Assembly (NCBI GenBank): GCA_963813535.1
Contig: CAWEZH010000003.1
Location: 288,001-352,000, forward strand
Direction of reading: 5' to 3'
Origin: an uncultured Chloroflexia bacterium
GTDB taxonomy: Bacteria > Chloroflexota > Limnocylindria > Limnocylindrales > CSP1-4
Length of the DNA: 64,000 nt
The translations under genes and the position numbers were made by a program. Positions 9,840-21,200 of the stretch are shown piece by piece. Every line of letters begins with the position of its first letter. The first letter of the stretch is position 1. Under the pieces are notes generated by a model, which had not been told where the DNA came from, did no database searches, and saw only the letters and a program-made list of their open reading frames with translations.

Positions 9840-10840
9840 GCGCCGCCAGCCCGACTGTGGCCGCGCCTCGACCCCGTTTCTCGATCGCGCTGGCGGGCTG
9901 GGCACGTCGGAACGGCTGGACCCTCGGGCTGATCGCGTTCTTCATCCTGCTGCTGGGCTTCACGAGGATGATCCAACCGAACTACGGCGTCGCCGGCATC
10001 CAGGGCCTCGCCATCTCGGTCCTGCCCCTCGCGCTGGCCGCGGTCGCCCAGGCGGTCATCGTGATCGCCGGCGGCATCGACCTCTCGATCGGCTCGATGA
10101 TGGCGCTCACCAGCGTGGTGTCGGCTGCACTCATGCTGAACCAGTCCGAGGAGTTCGGGTTCGTCGTCGTGGCGGGTGTGCTGCTGCTCGGTCTCGTGCT
10201 GGGCGCGGTGAACGGTGGACTCGTCGTCGTGACTCGCGTGCCGGACATCGTCGTCACCCTCGCGATGTCGTTCGTCTGGGCCGGCTCCGCACTGCTCGTG
10301 CTCCAGCGACCCGGGGGCGGGTCGACGAAGTGGCTCCAGCAGCTGGTGCTGGGGCCGATCGGCAGCGAGTGGGTCCCGAAGGCCGCCGTCGCCCTGGCGA
10401 TCATCATCGCGATCATCTGGATCCCGATCCGCCGCTCGCGGCTGGGGCTGTCGCTCTACGCGGTCGGGAGCAACCAGCTCGCCGCCTTCCGAAGCGGCGT
10501 GTCGATCGGTCGGACCAAGATCATCGCCTACATGATCGGCGGCCTCTTCGCTGCCATCGCCGGGCTCAGCCTCACGGCAAGCACTGGGATCGGGACGCCC
10601 GTGCCCGGCCCGTACACGCTGCTGAGCGTCGCCGCCATCGTGCTCGGTGGTGTCAGCCTGGCCGGCGGCCGCGGGGGCGTCGTCGGCCCGATCATCGCGG
10701 TGATGGTCCTCTCGCTGATCCGGACCGACATGACGTTCCTGCGTATGAACACGAACCTCGCGACGGTCGCCCAGGGCGTGATCCTGATCGGCGTGGTCAT
10801 GGTCGGCACCCTCATCCAGGTCCGGCGGGAACGGGCATGA
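9836..10840 (+). CDS. Sugar ABC transporter permease (RbsC-like)
   Basis: GGIDLSIG, YAVGSN..AA..SG, AAIVLGGVSLAGGRG; multiple TM helices. Confidence 0.93.
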   Translation: MSAASPTVAAPRPRFSIALAGWARRNGWTLGLIAFFILLLGFTRMIQPNYGVAGIQGLAISVLPLALAAVAQAVIVIAGGIDLSIGSMMALTSVVSAALMLNQSEEFGFVVVAGVLLLGLVLGAVNGGLVVVTRVPDIVVTLAMSFVWAGSALLVLQRPGGGSTKWLQQLVLGPIGSEWVPKAAVALAIIIAIIWIPIRRSRLGLSLYAVGSNQLAAFRSGVSIGRTKIIAYMIGGLFAAIAGLSLTASTGIGTPVPGPYTLLSVAAIVLGGVSLAGGRGGVVGPIIAVMVLSLIRTDMTFLRMNTNLATVAQGVILIGVVMVGTLIQVRRERA

Positions 10841-11835
10841 CCGGCGCCGTCGACACCTCTCCCACGGGGAATCCGTACCTGACGGCGGCAGGCTGGCGCC
10901 GCCTCTTCCGCGACCGGCCGATGATCCCGTTGCTGGTGCTGCTCGGGATCCTCGTCGTCGCGTTCCTTCTGCTCAACCCCAGGACGAACATCACGGACTG
11001 GGTCGCGGCGATGCTCCGAGCAGCGGTCCCGCTCGCGATCCTGGCCGGCTGCCAGACCATCGCCATGCTCACCGGCGGCATCGACCTGTCGGTCGGTGCG
11101 GTCGCGTCGATGACCGGGTTCGTGCTCGCCACGCTGGTCGGTGGCCCGGGCCTCGCGGCAGGCCTGGCGATCGCGCTGGTTATCGCGGCACTCGCCGGTC
11201 TCGCGACCGGCGTCGGCGTCGGTGTCTTCCGGGTCCACCCGCTGATCATGACCCTGGGCATGAGCCTGGTCGTGCTGGGTCTCGCCAACGTCTGGCAGAT
11301 CGTCATGGTGCAGACCGGCGCCGGCGTGCCTGCCAGCTTGCGAACGCTCGGGACAGGAACACTCCTCGGCGTGATCCCGTACAGCTTCGCGGTCTTCGTG
11401 CCGCTCGCGGCGATCATCCTGCTCGGGCTACGACGGACGGGCTACGGTCGGCTCCTGTATGCCGTGGGCGACAACCCGATCGCGGCGCGCCTCTCGGGCG
11501 CCAGGGCGTGGCAGGTCCTGATCGCTCTGTACGTGATCTCGGCGCTCCTCGCCGGCATCGCCGGTTTCCTGATCTCCGGGCTGACCAACGTCTCGAGCGT
11601 GACGCTCGCCGACAGCTACGTCCTGCCATCGGTCGCGGCGGCGGTCATCGGCGGGACGTCGATCATGGGCGGTCGTGGCGGCTACGGCGGGACCATCGTC
11701 GGCGCACTGATCCTGACCGTCATGGGTGCGCTCCTGAACTCGCTGGGCTACCCGGAGGCGGTCCGGCAAGTGCTGTACGGCGCGATCATCGTCGTGGTCG
11801 CCGCGGCCTACACCCGGGTGACCGGCGAGACCTGA
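10837..11835 (+). CDS. Sugar ABC transporter permease (RbsC-like)
   Basis: GGIDLSVG, YAVGDNPIAARLSG, AAVIGGTSIMGGRG; ATGA overlap. Confidence 0.93.
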   Translation: MTGAVDTSPTGNPYLTAAGWRRLFRDRPMIPLLVLLGILVVAFLLLNPRTNITDWVAAMLRAAVPLAILAGCQTIAMLTGGIDLSVGAVASMTGFVLATLVGGPGLAAGLAIALVIAALAGLATGVGVGVFRVHPLIMTLGMSLVVLGLANVWQIVMVQTGAGVPASLRTLGTGTLLGVIPYSFAVFVPLAAIILLGLRRTGYGRLLYAVGDNPIAARLSGARAWQVLIALYVISALLAGIAGFLISGLTNVSSVTLADSYVLPSVAAAVIGGTSIMGGRGGYGGTIVGALILTVMGALLNSLGYPEAVRQVLYGAIIVVVAAAYTRVTGET

Positions 11836-12824
11836 TGGCCGCCAGTGGCCACGAGGTCCCGAGCCGCCATCTCGGTCTCGACCTCGGTGGGACCAACATC
11901 AAGGCCGTCGTGGTCGAACGGGACGGCGAGGACTGGCGGGTGCTCGATCGCGACCAGGTTGGCACTCCCGCGGCCGACGGCCCGGACCGTGTGGTCGCCC
12001 GGCTCGCGGAGGTCGGCGCCGAGGCGATCGGCCGGTGTCCGGGCGTCACCAGCGTCGGGATCGGCATCCCCGGGCTGTACGACCCGTCGGCCGGCACGAC
12101 CCGGTTCCTCGTCAACATCCCCGGGGCGTGGGACGGCAAGGCCGTGGCCGGCCCCGTCGGGATCGCGCTGGGGCTCCCGACGGCATTGATCAACGATGCC
12201 CGGGCATTCGGGCTGGCGGAGCTGCGGCTGGGGGCCGCTCGGGGTGCGTCGGCGATGATCGGGTTGACGCTGGGGACCGGCGTCGGTGGCGTGATCGCCA
12301 TCGACGGGCGGGTCTACCAGGGTCGCGACGGCACGGGTGGCGAGCTCGGTCACCAGACGCTCGACCCGGACGGGCCGACGTGCGGCTGCGGCAATCGCGG
12401 CTGTCTCGAGGCCTACGCCCGCGCGGACCGCATCGCCGAGACCTGCGGGGCGTCGACGGTCGAGGAGGCGGTCGACCGGGCGCGCGCAGGTGACCCGCGG
12501 GCACGCGAGGGCCTCGAGCGCGTCGGCCGATACCTCGGCGTCGGGATCGCGAACATGATCACGGTGGTCACGCCGCAGAAGGTCGTCATCGGCGGTGGCG
12601 TGGCCGCCGGCATCGATCTCCTCCTCGACACGATTCGCGACGAGGTCCGTCGCCACGTCTTCACCACGACGCTCGATGGCGTCGAGATCGTGCCGGCCGA
12701 GCTCGGCACCTGGGCCGGCGGGATCGGCGCAGCGATCCACGGGGCGGAGCAGGCCGCAGCGCGATCGAGCGGCGCAGGTGGACCGATGACCGCGGCTGCC
12801 GGATCCACGGCGCCGGCGCGATGA
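11835..12824 (+). CDS. ROK family sugar kinase
   Basis: [38 protein letters not shown]; no HTH. Confidence 0.9.
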   Translation: MAASGHEVPSRHLGLDLGGTNIKAVVVERDGEDWRVLDRDQVGTPAADGPDRVVARLAEVGAEAIGRCPGVTSVGIGIPGLYDPSAGTTRFLVNIPGAWDGKAVAGPVGIALGLPTALINDARAFGLAELRLGAARGASAMIGLTLGTGVGGVIAIDGRVYQGRDGTGGELGHQTLDPDGPTCGCGNRGCLEAYARADRIAETCGASTVEEAVDRARAGDPRAREGLERVGRYLGVGIANMITVVTPQKVVIGGGVAAGIDLLLDTIRDEVRRHVFTTTLDGVEIVPAELGTWAGGIGAAIHGAEQAAARSSGAGGPMTAAAGSTAPAR

Positions 12825-13570
12825 CCGAGGCCGGCTACCAACCGCAGTACCGCCAGATCGAGCAAGCGATGCGCGAGCGCATCGCCGTCCTGCCACCCGG
12901 CGCGAAGCTGCCATCGGACACCGACCTGTGCGCGGAGTTCGGCGTGAGCCGGATGACCGCCAGGAACGCGATGGAGCGCCTCGCCGCCGACGGGCTGATC
13001 CGGCGGGAGCCAGGCCGAGGCAGCTTCGTCACGGCGCCACCCGCGCACCGCCGGGCGAACCGGCTCATGACCTTCTCACAGGAGATGCGGCGCACGGGCC
13101 GCGTCCCGAGCTCGCGGCTGCTGACGCGGGCCGTCCGCCCGTCGAACCCGGCCGAGGCGGCAACGCTCGGGATCCCGCCGCGTCAGGCCGTCGTGCACCT
13201 GCGCCGGCTGCGGCTTGCCGACGGCGAGCCGATCGCGCTCGAATCGACGATCCTCGTCGGCGCCACGGCCGAGGCGGTCATGGCTGCGGACCTCGCGGGC
13301 GGGTCGCTCCACGAGACGCTCGGGCGTGCCGGGTTCGTGCTGTACCGCGGGACCGGGACGATCTCGGCGCTCGCGGCCACGGCCGAGGATGCACATCTCC
13401 TCGGGATCCGCGACGGGGACCCGTTGCTCGTCGAGCGGCGGGTGATCGTCGACGGCCACGGTCGCCGCATCGAAGCCACCGAGTCGCGCTACGTCGCGGG
13501 TCGCTACGGGCTGGACGTGCAGTTCGACGTCGAGCTGCCGGACTTCGAACCCAGCGGCTCCCCGGAGTGA
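12821..13570 (+). CDS. GntR family (HutC/UTRA) transcriptional regulator
   Basis: [21 protein letters not shown]...GRGSFV wHTH plus UTRA-like C-terminus. Confidence 0.92.
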   Translation: MTEAGYQPQYRQIEQAMRERIAVLPPGAKLPSDTDLCAEFGVSRMTARNAMERLAADGLIRREPGRGSFVTAPPAHRRANRLMTFSQEMRRTGRVPSSRLLTRAVRPSNPAEAATLGIPPRQAVVHLRRLRLADGEPIALESTILVGATAEAVMAADLAGGSLHETLGRAGFVLYRGTGTISALAATAEDAHLLGIRDGDPLLVERRVIVDGHGRRIEATESRYVAGRYGLDVQFDVELPDFEPSGSPE

Positions 13571-14688
13571 CCGACGAGGTCGTCCGCGGCCGGCTCGTCC
13601 TCGACGACCGGGTGGAGAGCGGGCGTATCACGATCGAGGACGGGCGGATCGCTGCCGTCGACCTGGAGCCCGCCGACGACGGTTTGCCCTACATCGCGCC
13701 CGGGTTCGTCGACGTCCATGTCCACGGCTGGGGCGGCCACGATGCGATGGGCGATGCCGACGCCCTGGATGGCATGGCGAAGGCGCTCCTTCGGCGGGGC
13801 GTGACGTCGTTCCTGCCGACCGCGGTCACGGCGCCACTCGAGACGCTCGCGGCGTTCGCGGACAGGGTCCGGGCATGGATGCCGACCGCGCCGGCCGACG
13901 GCGCCGAGCCGCTCGGGTTCAATCTCGAGGGTCCGTTCCTGGCTCCGGGCAAGCGCGGTGCCCACGCGGCGGCCCATCTTCGCGAACCGGCCGGTACCCC
14001 GGGCGAGACGCTCGAACCGCTGATCGACGGTCTGCGTCTCCTGACCCTCGCCCCGGAACTTCCCGGTGCCACCGACCTCATCCGCTGGCTCCACGACCAG
14101 GGTGTGGTGGTGTCGGTCGGGCACTCCGCGTCGAGTGCCGTGGGTGCCTGGGATGCGTACGCCGCGGGTGCTCGCTCGACGACCCACCTGTTCAACGCGA
14201 TGACCGGCATCGACCATCGATCGCCGGGCGTCGCCGTCGCGGCGCTGCTGGACGACGACGCGTACGTCGAGCTCATCGCCGACGGGATCCACGTCCACCC
14301 ATCGATCTGGCCGCTGATCACGAGGCTCAAGCCGCCCGAGCGGTTGCTGCTCGTGAGCGACGCGCTGGCAGTCGCCGGGACGGCCGACGGGAGCGGACGG
14401 ATCGGCGAGCTGGAGATCGAGGTCCGGGATGGTCGGGCCGTGCTGGCCGGGACCGACACGCTGGCTGGATCCGTCATCGCGCTCGACAGCGCCGTCCGCA
14501 ACGCCGCAGCTGTCGGGATCCCTCTGGCCGACGCCGTCGCCGCCGCCAGCCGCAACCCGCTCGAACTGCTGGGCGTCACCGACCGGGGCCGGCTTGCGGA
14601 GGGCCAGCGCGCGGACCTGGTCGAGCTCGACGAGGACCTATCGGTGCTCCGCGTCATGCGCGGCGGCGCCTGGATCGTCGGCGACTAG
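13567..14688 (+). CDS. nagA: N-acetylglucosamine-6-phosphate deacetylase family
   Basis: [46 protein letters not shown]. Confidence 0.92.
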   Translation: MTDEVVRGRLVLDDRVESGRITIEDGRIAAVDLEPADDGLPYIAPGFVDVHVHGWGGHDAMGDADALDGMAKALLRRGVTSFLPTAVTAPLETLAAFADRVRAWMPTAPADGAEPLGFNLEGPFLAPGKRGAHAAAHLREPAGTPGETLEPLIDGLRLLTLAPELPGATDLIRWLHDQGVVVSVGHSASSAVGAWDAYAAGARSTTHLFNAMTGIDHRSPGVAVAALLDDDAYVELIADGIHVHPSIWPLITRLKPPERLLLVSDALAVAGTADGSGRIGELEIEVRDGRAVLAGTDTLAGSVIALDSAVRNAAAVGIPLADAVAAASRNPLELLGVTDRGRLAEGQRADLVELDEDLSVLRVMRGGAWIVGD

Positions 14689-14691
14689 CCC

Positions 14692-15480
14692 TCAGCGCGG
14701 CGGCATCGCCGCGAAGGTATTGTCCACGTCCTCGAGCATCCGCAGCGTCGCCGCCTCGACCACGTCGAGGTAGCGCTGCCCGTACTCGACCGACGCCTCC
14801 CGAGCGTCGCCCCAGGTGCCTGAGTGCGTCGCGCGATGGACCGAGCCGGGTGTCGAGAAGAAGAAGGCGGTGTGCACGCCGGCCGGGCTGCCGACCTCCG
14901 GGAACGGCGGCATCTCGGCATTCGCGTTGTCGATGTCGACCAGGCCTTCGTCCACCGCCATCACGGCCGACGTCTCGGCACGGTTCGCGTGGAGGCCCGC
15001 CGTCGGACCGAAGAACTCGGCCGACTCGTCGGCGGTCAGACCGTCCCAGTAGTTGATCGGGAAGGCGCGCGTGCCGGCAGGCAGGCGGTCTGCCCCGTTC
15101 GCGCAGGCATACGCGATCGCGAGCGTGTTGTCGTAGTGGCCGTTGAGGAACACGATCGTGCGGAAGCCCATCGTCGCCAGACCGACCGCGACGTCCTCGA
15201 CGAGCGCCATGAACGTCGGGATCCGCAGGTACACGACGCCCGTGAACCCGGCATGCGGGTACGACAGCCCGTAGTCGATCGATGGGGCGACCGCGGCACC
15301 GACTTTCGGGGCCACGCGCCGGGCGACCTCGACCGGGACGATGACGTCGGTCGCCAGCGGGCCATGCGGACCGTGCTGCTCGGTCGAGCCGATCGGCACG
15401 ATGACGGTCTGGTGCTCGGCCACGAACGCCTCGACCTCGGGGTTCGTCATCTCACCCAGGAACACGGTCGGTCGCTTCAT
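14692..15480 (-). CDS. Creatininase/creatinine amidohydrolase family protein
   Basis: PIGSTEQHGPHGPLATD, NGHYDN, HANRAETS motifs. Confidence 0.9.
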   Translation of the reverse strand: MKRPTVFLGEMTNPEVEAFVAEHQTVIVPIGSTEQHGPHGPLATDVIVPVEVARRVAPKVGAAVAPSIDYGLSYPHAGFTGVVYLRIPTFMALVEDVAVGLATMGFRTIVFLNGHYDNTLAIAYACANGADRLPAGTRAFPINYWDGLTADESAEFFGPTAGLHANRAETSAVMAVDEGLVDIDNANAEMPPFPEVGSPAGVHTAFFFSTPGSVHRATHSGTWGDAREASVEYGQRYLDVVEAATLRMLEDVDNTFAAMPPR

Positions 15481-15505
15481 CCCGGCTCTCCTCGTTGCGT
15501 CGCGG

Positions 15506-16151
15506 TCACGCGATGGTGGTCCTCAGTTTCCCGATGCCCTCGATCCAGCACGTCACGACGTCACCCGGCTCCAAGTGTCGTTCGGGACCGAGCGGACCGG
15601 CCAGCCGCGCCGGCGTCCCGCTCGCGATCAGGTCGCCCGGCTCGAGACGGACATGCCGGCTCAGGTAGGCGACGACCTCCGCGACCGAGAACCGCATGTC
15701 CGACGTGCGCCCGTCCTGGATCGCGGTGCCGTTGATCGTGCAGCCAAGGCGGACGTCGCTCGTATCGAACTCGTCGGCCGTGACGACCCACGGTCCGACC
15801 GGGCAGAAGCCCGGCATCGATTTGCCGAGCAGCCACTGATCGCCGTCGAGCCACGGGTCGCGCGATGAGACGTCGTTCACGATCGTGTAGCCCTGGACGT
15901 GGCGCATCGCGTCCTCGACCGACACCTGCCACGCCGGCTCGCCGATGACCACGCCGAGCTCCACCTCGGCGTCCACGTTCGTGCGTGAGGCTGCGGTCCC
16001 AGCTGAGGACGGCACCATCACCGATCACCGAGGTCCGCGCCTTGCCGTATACGAGCGGTCGTTCCGGGCCGGGATCGCCCGGTGCGCCGGGCGCACGGTA
16101 GTTCAGCCCGATCGTGTAGATCGCACCCGGAGCGGGCACCTCCAGTCGCAT
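15506..16151 (-). CDS. Fumarylacetoacetate hydrolase family protein (frameshift near 15990)
   Basis: IGLNY in the 5' frame; DAEVELGVVIG, NDVSSRD, GKS, GDLIASGTP in the 3' frame. Confidence 0.85.
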
Positions 16152-16154
16152 CGG

Positions 16155-17015
16155 TCAGGCGGTGACCGTCGGGTCGGCGAGGAGCGGGGTGACGGCCTCG
16201 CGCATGACGTCGGCCATGCCGCCCACGCCGGTCCAGCGCTCGAACGCGATGGCCGCCTGCTGGATCAGCATCTCGGATCCGTTGGCGGCGCGCAGACCGC
16301 GCGCCCGGGCCGCCCGCAGCAGCGGCGTCTCGGCGGGGACGTAGACGAGGTCGAAAACGGTCGCCGCGCCGCGCATCTCGTCGACGGGGATCGTGAGACC
16401 GGGGTCGATCATGCCCACCGTCGTCGCGTTGACCGCCAGGTCGGCCAGGCGAACGGCGGTGATGAAGGCGGGACCGCCAAGCTCCGCGGCGTGCCGCTCC
16501 GGACGGCGCACCGCGGCGAACCGGTCCAACAGCGACCGGGCGGCGTCGACCGTCCGGCTGGCGACCGTGACTCGGCCGGCGCCCGCCTGAAGGCATGCGA
16601 ACACGACCGCGTGGGCCGCGCCCCCGGCGCCGACGACCACAACGTCGGCACCGGTCAGGGGCCGGCCCATCGCAAGCTCGACGCCGGCCAGGAAGCCGGG
16701 GGCATCGCTGTTGAAACCGACGAGCCGGCCGTCGGGCATGCGGACCACGTTGTTGACGGCCCCGATCGTCTCGGCGTCCCCCTCGACCTCATCGACCAGC
16801 CCGGCCACGACCTGCTTGTACGGCGCGGTGACCCCGAGGCCGAGCCAGTCGTCGCTGGCGCGCGCTTCGCGCACGACAGGCTCGACCGCGTCCGGCTCGA
16901 TCTCGCGCAGGACGTAGCGCGCGTCGATCCCGGCGGCGTCAAACGCCGCGTCGTGCATCACCTGCGAGTGCCGTCGCTTGAGCGGCTTGCCGATCAGCGC
17001 GACCTGACGAGTCAC
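16155..17015 (-). CDS. Shikimate/quinate dehydrogenase family (AroE/YdiB-like)
   Basis: VTAPYK, IGAVN, NSD, GAGGAA, VNATTVGM, DLVY, MLIQQA. Confidence 0.9.
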   Translation of the reverse strand: MTRQVALIGKPLKRRHSQVMHDAAFDAAGIDARYVLREIEPDAVEPVVREARASDDWLGLGVTAPYKQVVAGLVDEVEGDAETIGAVNNVVRMPDGRLVGFNSDAPGFLAGVELAMGRPLTGADVVVVGAGGAAHAVVFACLQAGAGRVTVASRTVDAARSLLDRFAAVRRPERHAAELGGPAFITAVRLADLAVNATTVGMIDPGLTIPVDEMRGAATVFDLVYVPAETPLLRAARARGLRAANGSEMLIQQAAIAFERWTGVGGMADVMREAVTPLLADPTVTA

Positions 17016-18067
17016 GACGGGACGGCGACCCGGTCCCGGTTGGGCTTGCGGACCGGTCCAGCCGATGCGGGGAAGGTGACGTTCGGGATGATGTGGTCCA
17101 CCCAGTCCTGGAGCTGCTTCGGGTCCGGGGTCATCGTGTGCAGGACGAACTGCTCGACGCCGGCGTCCACCCGGGCCTGCAGTGACGCGACGATCTCGTC
17201 CGGCGTGCCGAACAGGTAGACGGTTTCGAGATAGTCCGGCCCGCGCTCGCCGCTCATCACCTTGAGGAACGCGCGGTGCTGCTCCTCACGCGCCTTCTGC
17301 GGATCGTTCGTCAGCACGAGATGGAGGAAGTTCTCGTGGGCGACCGACAGCTCCGTCGGGTCCTGACCGTTCTCGCGGAAGAACGTCTGGAGCTCGTCCC
17401 AGTCGCGTCGGATGTCGGGGGGCGGGCATGTCGGTCGCGGGATCCAGCCGTCGGCGCGAAGCGTGCGCGCCTTCACCGACTCGACGAACTTCGGCACATC
17501 GGGTGACTTCGGGTTGGCGAGCTGCGAGCCACCTCCGACCCACACGGGCGGACGCTGCCCGGTGCGGGGCTCGATGAAGACGTCGTCGACCGAGTAGTAC
17601 TTGCCGTGATAGGTGACGGTCTCGCCCTCGAGCAGCGGCAGCATGATGTCGAGCATCTCGTCGGTCCGCTTGCCGCGCTCCGACTTGTGCACGCCCACCG
17701 CCTCGTACTCCGCGTCGTTCCAGCCGACCCCAGCCCCGAGGACCATCCGGTTGTCGGACAGGAACTGGAGCGTCGCGAGCTCCTTGGCGAGGAGGACCGG
17801 GTTGCGCAGCGGCATGATCAGGATCGACGTCCCGAGCCGGACCCGTTCGGTCACGCCGGCCGCCACGCCAAGGGCCATGAGCGGCTCGAGCCAGTTGACC
17901 GAGTAGAACCGCTTGCCCACCAGCAGGTGGTCGGTGATGAACAGCGAGTCGAAGCCCAGGTCCTCGACGGTCCGGGCGAACGCCTTGATGCCGCGCGCCC
18001 GCTCCGGCCCGTCACCCTCCCAGACGTAGGAGGGCAGGAAGACCCCGAATCGTCCGACGTCGCTCAT
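17012..18067 (-). CDS. LLM class flavin (FMN/F420)-dependent oxidoreductase
   Basis: GFDSLFITDH, TERVRLGTS, NPVLLAKELATL, GAGVGW. Confidence 0.9.
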   Translation of the reverse strand: MSDVGRFGVFLPSYVWEGDGPERARGIKAFARTVEDLGFDSLFITDHLLVGKRFYSVNWLEPLMALGVAAGVTERVRLGTSILIMPLRNPVLLAKELATLQFLSDNRMVLGAGVGWNDAEYEAVGVHKSERGKRTDEMLDIMLPLLEGETVTYHGKYYSVDDVFIEPRTGQRPPVWVGGGSQLANPKSPDVPKFVESVKARTLRADGWIPRPTCPPPDIRRDWDELQTFFRENGQDPTELSVAHENFLHLVLTNDPQKAREEQHRAFLKVMSGERGPDYLETVYLFGTPDEIVASLQARVDAGVEQFVLHTMTPDPKQLQDWVDHIIPNVTFPASAGPVRKPNRDRVAVPS

Positions 18068-18095
18068 CGGCCATGCTCCTTCGCGCGTTGTGGCC

Positions 18096-18877
18096 TCATC
18101 GGCCGCGGTATTCCGGATCTCGCTTCTCGAAGAACGACGTCGCGCCCTCGAGCATGTCGTCGGTGGCGAACACTCGATCCGACGCGTCGAGCTCGGCCGC
18201 CAGGCCGGTCGCCAGATCGGCGTCGCTCGCCAGGTCGATCAGTCGCTTGGCCTCCCGCACGGCGACCGGACCACGCGACGCGATCTCGGCGGCGATCTCG
18301 TCGGCGGCGGCGAGGGCCTGGCCCGACGGCACCACCCGGCTGACGAGGCCGATGCGCTCGGCTTCGTCGGCGGTCAGCACCCGCCCGGTCAGGATCAGCT
18401 CCTTGGCGCGTCGCCGTCCCCGACGACCCGAGGCAGGCGCTGGGTGCCGCCCGCACCGGGCGTCACAGCGAGCCGAACCTCGGGCAGCCCCAGCCGGCTG
18501 GTCTCGGACGCCACGCGGATGTCGCAGCACAGCGCCAGCTCCAGCCCGCCGCCGAGGGCGTTCCCCTCGATCGCGGCGATGGTCGGCATCGGCAGGCGCG
18601 CCAGGCGGTCGGCCGTGCCCGACTCGAGGGCATGTCGCTCACGACCGTCCGGTCCGCGCTGCGACTCGAACTCCCCGACGTGCGAGCCGGCGGAGAACGC
18701 CCGATCGCCCTCGCCGGTGACCACGACCACCCGAACATCGCCCGGCGATGCGGCCTCGAGGACATCGAGCGCACCACCGAGCTCGACGAGGAGCTCGCGC
18801 GTGACGAGGTTGAGCGGCGGGTTGGCGATCGTGAGGTGGGCGACGGTGCCCAGCTCGAGCCGGATGAGACCGGTCAT
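18096..18877 (-). CDS. Enoyl-CoA hydratase/isomerase (crotonase) family (frameshift near 18420)
   Basis: [39 protein letters not shown]; C-terminus AKELILTG...FFEKRDP in second frame. Confidence 0.88.
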
Positions 18878-20448
18878 GGCGCGCTCGCGAAGTCGGCCGC
18901 CAGGCCCATCGGCCCCGTCGCGTAGATCCGCGGGTCCATCTGCCGCAGGTCGTCGGCGACACGCGGGCGGAAGCCCATCTGGCCGAGCACCTCGCGCTCG
19001 ACGTCGATGCCCGGTGCCACTTCGATCAGGACCAGGCCATCGTCCTCGAGGGCGAAAACCGACCGGTCGGTGACGTAGCGGACCTGCTGGCCACGTTCCC
19101 GGGCGAGGCGCCCGCTGAACGAGATCTCGCGGACCTCCGGCACGAACTTCGGCAGGGTGCCTTCATGGACGACACGGACCCCACCCTCGATCTCGAGCTG
19201 GAGGCCTTGCGCGGTCAATGTCCCGACGAAGTTGATCCGCGGCGTCCTGGCGCTGATGTTCGGGAAACCGCCCGGCCCGCGCACACGACCCTCGAAGGCG
19301 TGCACGTTGACGTTGCCCTCGGCGTCGACCTCCGCAAACGAGAGGCTCGCGATGTCGAGCCCGCCGCCGTCGTAGAAGTCGAACATGGACGGCTGGTCGA
19401 TCATCGCCTGGTAGTTGAAGCCGGCCCCGCCCTCGTTGCCGGCGACCGGCACGCCGCCGAAGATGCCCTGCTCGACGGTGAGCACGAGCTGATCGGTGAT
19501 GCCCTCCTCCCAGGCGACCCGACCGATGAGCTGACTGATGCCGAAGCCCAGGTTGCAGATGGCCCCGCGCGGGAACTCGAGGAGCGACCGGCGGGCGATG
19601 ATCTTGCGGACGTCGAGCGGGAGCGGCGGCTCGTCCGTCACGGGCTTGCGCAGCTTGCCGGCGTAGTACGGCGAGTCCCGCGTGATGTATGTCTGCCACT
19701 GGTCGGCGTCGACGTAGACGTGGTCGACGAGGGCGCCCGGGACCTTCACGTCGCGCAGCGGCAGGCTGCCACGGCGCGCGAGCTGGCGGACCTGCGCGAT
19801 GACGATCCCGCCGCTGTTCCGGGCGGCCATGGCCATCGCCAGCATCTCGCCCTGGACCGCCTCGCCCTCCATCGTCAGGTTGCCGTCCTCGTCCGCGGTC
19901 GTGCCGCGGATCACGGCGACGTCGATCGGGAAGGCATGGAACAGCAGCCACTCCTTGCCGCGGAGCGTGATGACCTCGACGAGATCGTCTGTAGTCCGGT
20001 CGTTCTGCTTCCCGCCGGTCTGGCGGGGGTCGACGTACGTCCCCAGCCCGACCTGCGTCACGAGGCCGGGTCGCCCGGCGGCGATCTCGCGCATCAACTG
20101 CGAGAGCACGCCCTGGGGGAATGAATATGACTCGAGCTCACCAGCTTCGACGAGCGCACCGAGCCGCGGCTCGTTGCCGATGTTGCTGCCGATCGTCCGT
20201 CGCATCAGTCCGGGCAGCCCGAGCTGCGAGAACCCGCGATCGGCGAAGTCGCCGATGCCGACGACCCGGACGGTCGTCAGATCGCGCGGGCGGCCGTCGG
20301 CTTCGTAGACCGTGGCCAGCTCGTCGATAAACCGCTGGGGGAGCGCATGGCCGGCGCCCGACCCGCCGATCACCACGGTGCTCCCGTCCCGGACGAGGCC
20401 GACGGCATCGCGGACGGAGATCACCTTGGGCGTTCCGAGGCCGCTCAC
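18874..20448 (-). CDS. Fused family I CoA-transferase (YdiF/propionate CoA-transferase-like)
   Basis: [30 protein letters not shown], catalytic [14 protein letters not shown]; GTG start overlaps SDR stop. Confidence 0.9.
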   Translation of the reverse strand: MSGLGTPKVISVRDAVGLVRDGSTVVIGGSGAGHALPQRFIDELATVYEADGRPRDLTTVRVVGIGDFADRGFSQLGLPGLMRRTIGSNIGNEPRLGALVEAGELESYSFPQGVLSQLMREIAAGRPGLVTQVGLGTYVDPRQTGGKQNDRTTDDLVEVITLRGKEWLLFHAFPIDVAVIRGTTADEDGNLTMEGEAVQGEMLAMAMAARNSGGIVIAQVRQLARRGSLPLRDVKVPGALVDHVYVDADQWQTYITRDSPYYAGKLRKPVTDEPPLPLDVRKIIARRSLLEFPRGAICNLGFGISQLIGRVAWEEGITDQLVLTVEQGIFGGVPVAGNEGGAGFNYQAMIDQPSMFDFYDGGGLDIASLSFAEVDAEGNVNVHAFEGRVRGPGGFPNISARTPRINFVGTLTAQGLQLEIEGGVRVVHEGTLPKFVPEVREISFSGRLARERGQQVRYVTDRSVFALEDDGLVLIEVAPGIDVEREVLGQMGFRPRVADDLRQMDPRIYATGPMGLAADFASAP

Positions 20449-21200
20449 GGCATGTATCCCCCGCTGTTGGGGTTGAGTGTCTGGCCCGTGAACAGCGACG
20501 ACCGGTCGGACAGGAGGAAGACGACCGCCTCGGCCACTTCGTCGGCGCGACCGAACCGCCCGAGCGCCATGTCGCGGAGCCGAGCCTTCCCCGCATCGGT
20601 GTCGACCAGGTCCGTCGTCATCTCGGTCAGCGTCACGCCCGGAGCGACGGCGTTGATGCGCACGCCCTTCGTGCCGAACTCCCGCGCCAGCGACCGGGTC
20701 AGCCCGATCAATCCGGCCTTGGCCGCGCTGTACGCGGCCGTCTCGGTGACGCCCATCTGGCCGAGCCGCGAGGCGATGTTGACGATCGACCCGCTGCCAC
20801 GCTCGACCATCGAGGGCAGCACCGCCCGGATCGTGTGGAACGCCGCGCTCAGATCGGTCCGGATGACCTCGTCCCACTCCGAGGGCTCGATGTCGAGGAA
20901 CGGGCCGACCTGGGTCTTGCCGGCGTTGTTCACGAGCCCGTCGATGCGGCCGAAGCGCTCGATGACGGCGGCGACCAGCCGCTCGGCCTGCTCGCCATCG
21001 CCGATGTCCGCTGCGAAGCAGTCCCCGTCGGCACCCGCTTCGCGGACGCGGGCGAGCGTCCGCTCCGCCCCATCGCGCGACTGGTGGTAATGGATCGCGA
21101 CGATGGCTCCCTCCCCTGCCGCCTTGGCCGCGACCTCCGCGCCGATCCCGCGGCTGCTGCCGGTGACGAGCACGACGCGATCCGCGAGCGAGCCGGTCAA
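20445..21200 (-). CDS. SDR family oxidoreductase (FabG-like)
   Basis: TGSSRGIG, NNAG, YSAAK, NAVAPG. Confidence 0.92.
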   Translation of the reverse strand: MTGSLADRVVLVTGSSRGIGAEVAAKAAGEGAIVAIHYHQSRDGAERTLARVREAGADGDCFAADIGDGEQAERLVAAVIERFGRIDGLVNNAGKTQVGPFLDIEPSEWDEVIRTDLSAAFHTIRAVLPSMVERGSGSIVNIASRLGQMGVTETAAYSAAKAGLIGLTRSLAREFGTKGVRINAVAPGVTLTEMTTDLVDTDAGKARLRDMALGRFGRADEVAEAVVFLLSDRSSLFTGQTLNPNSGGYMP

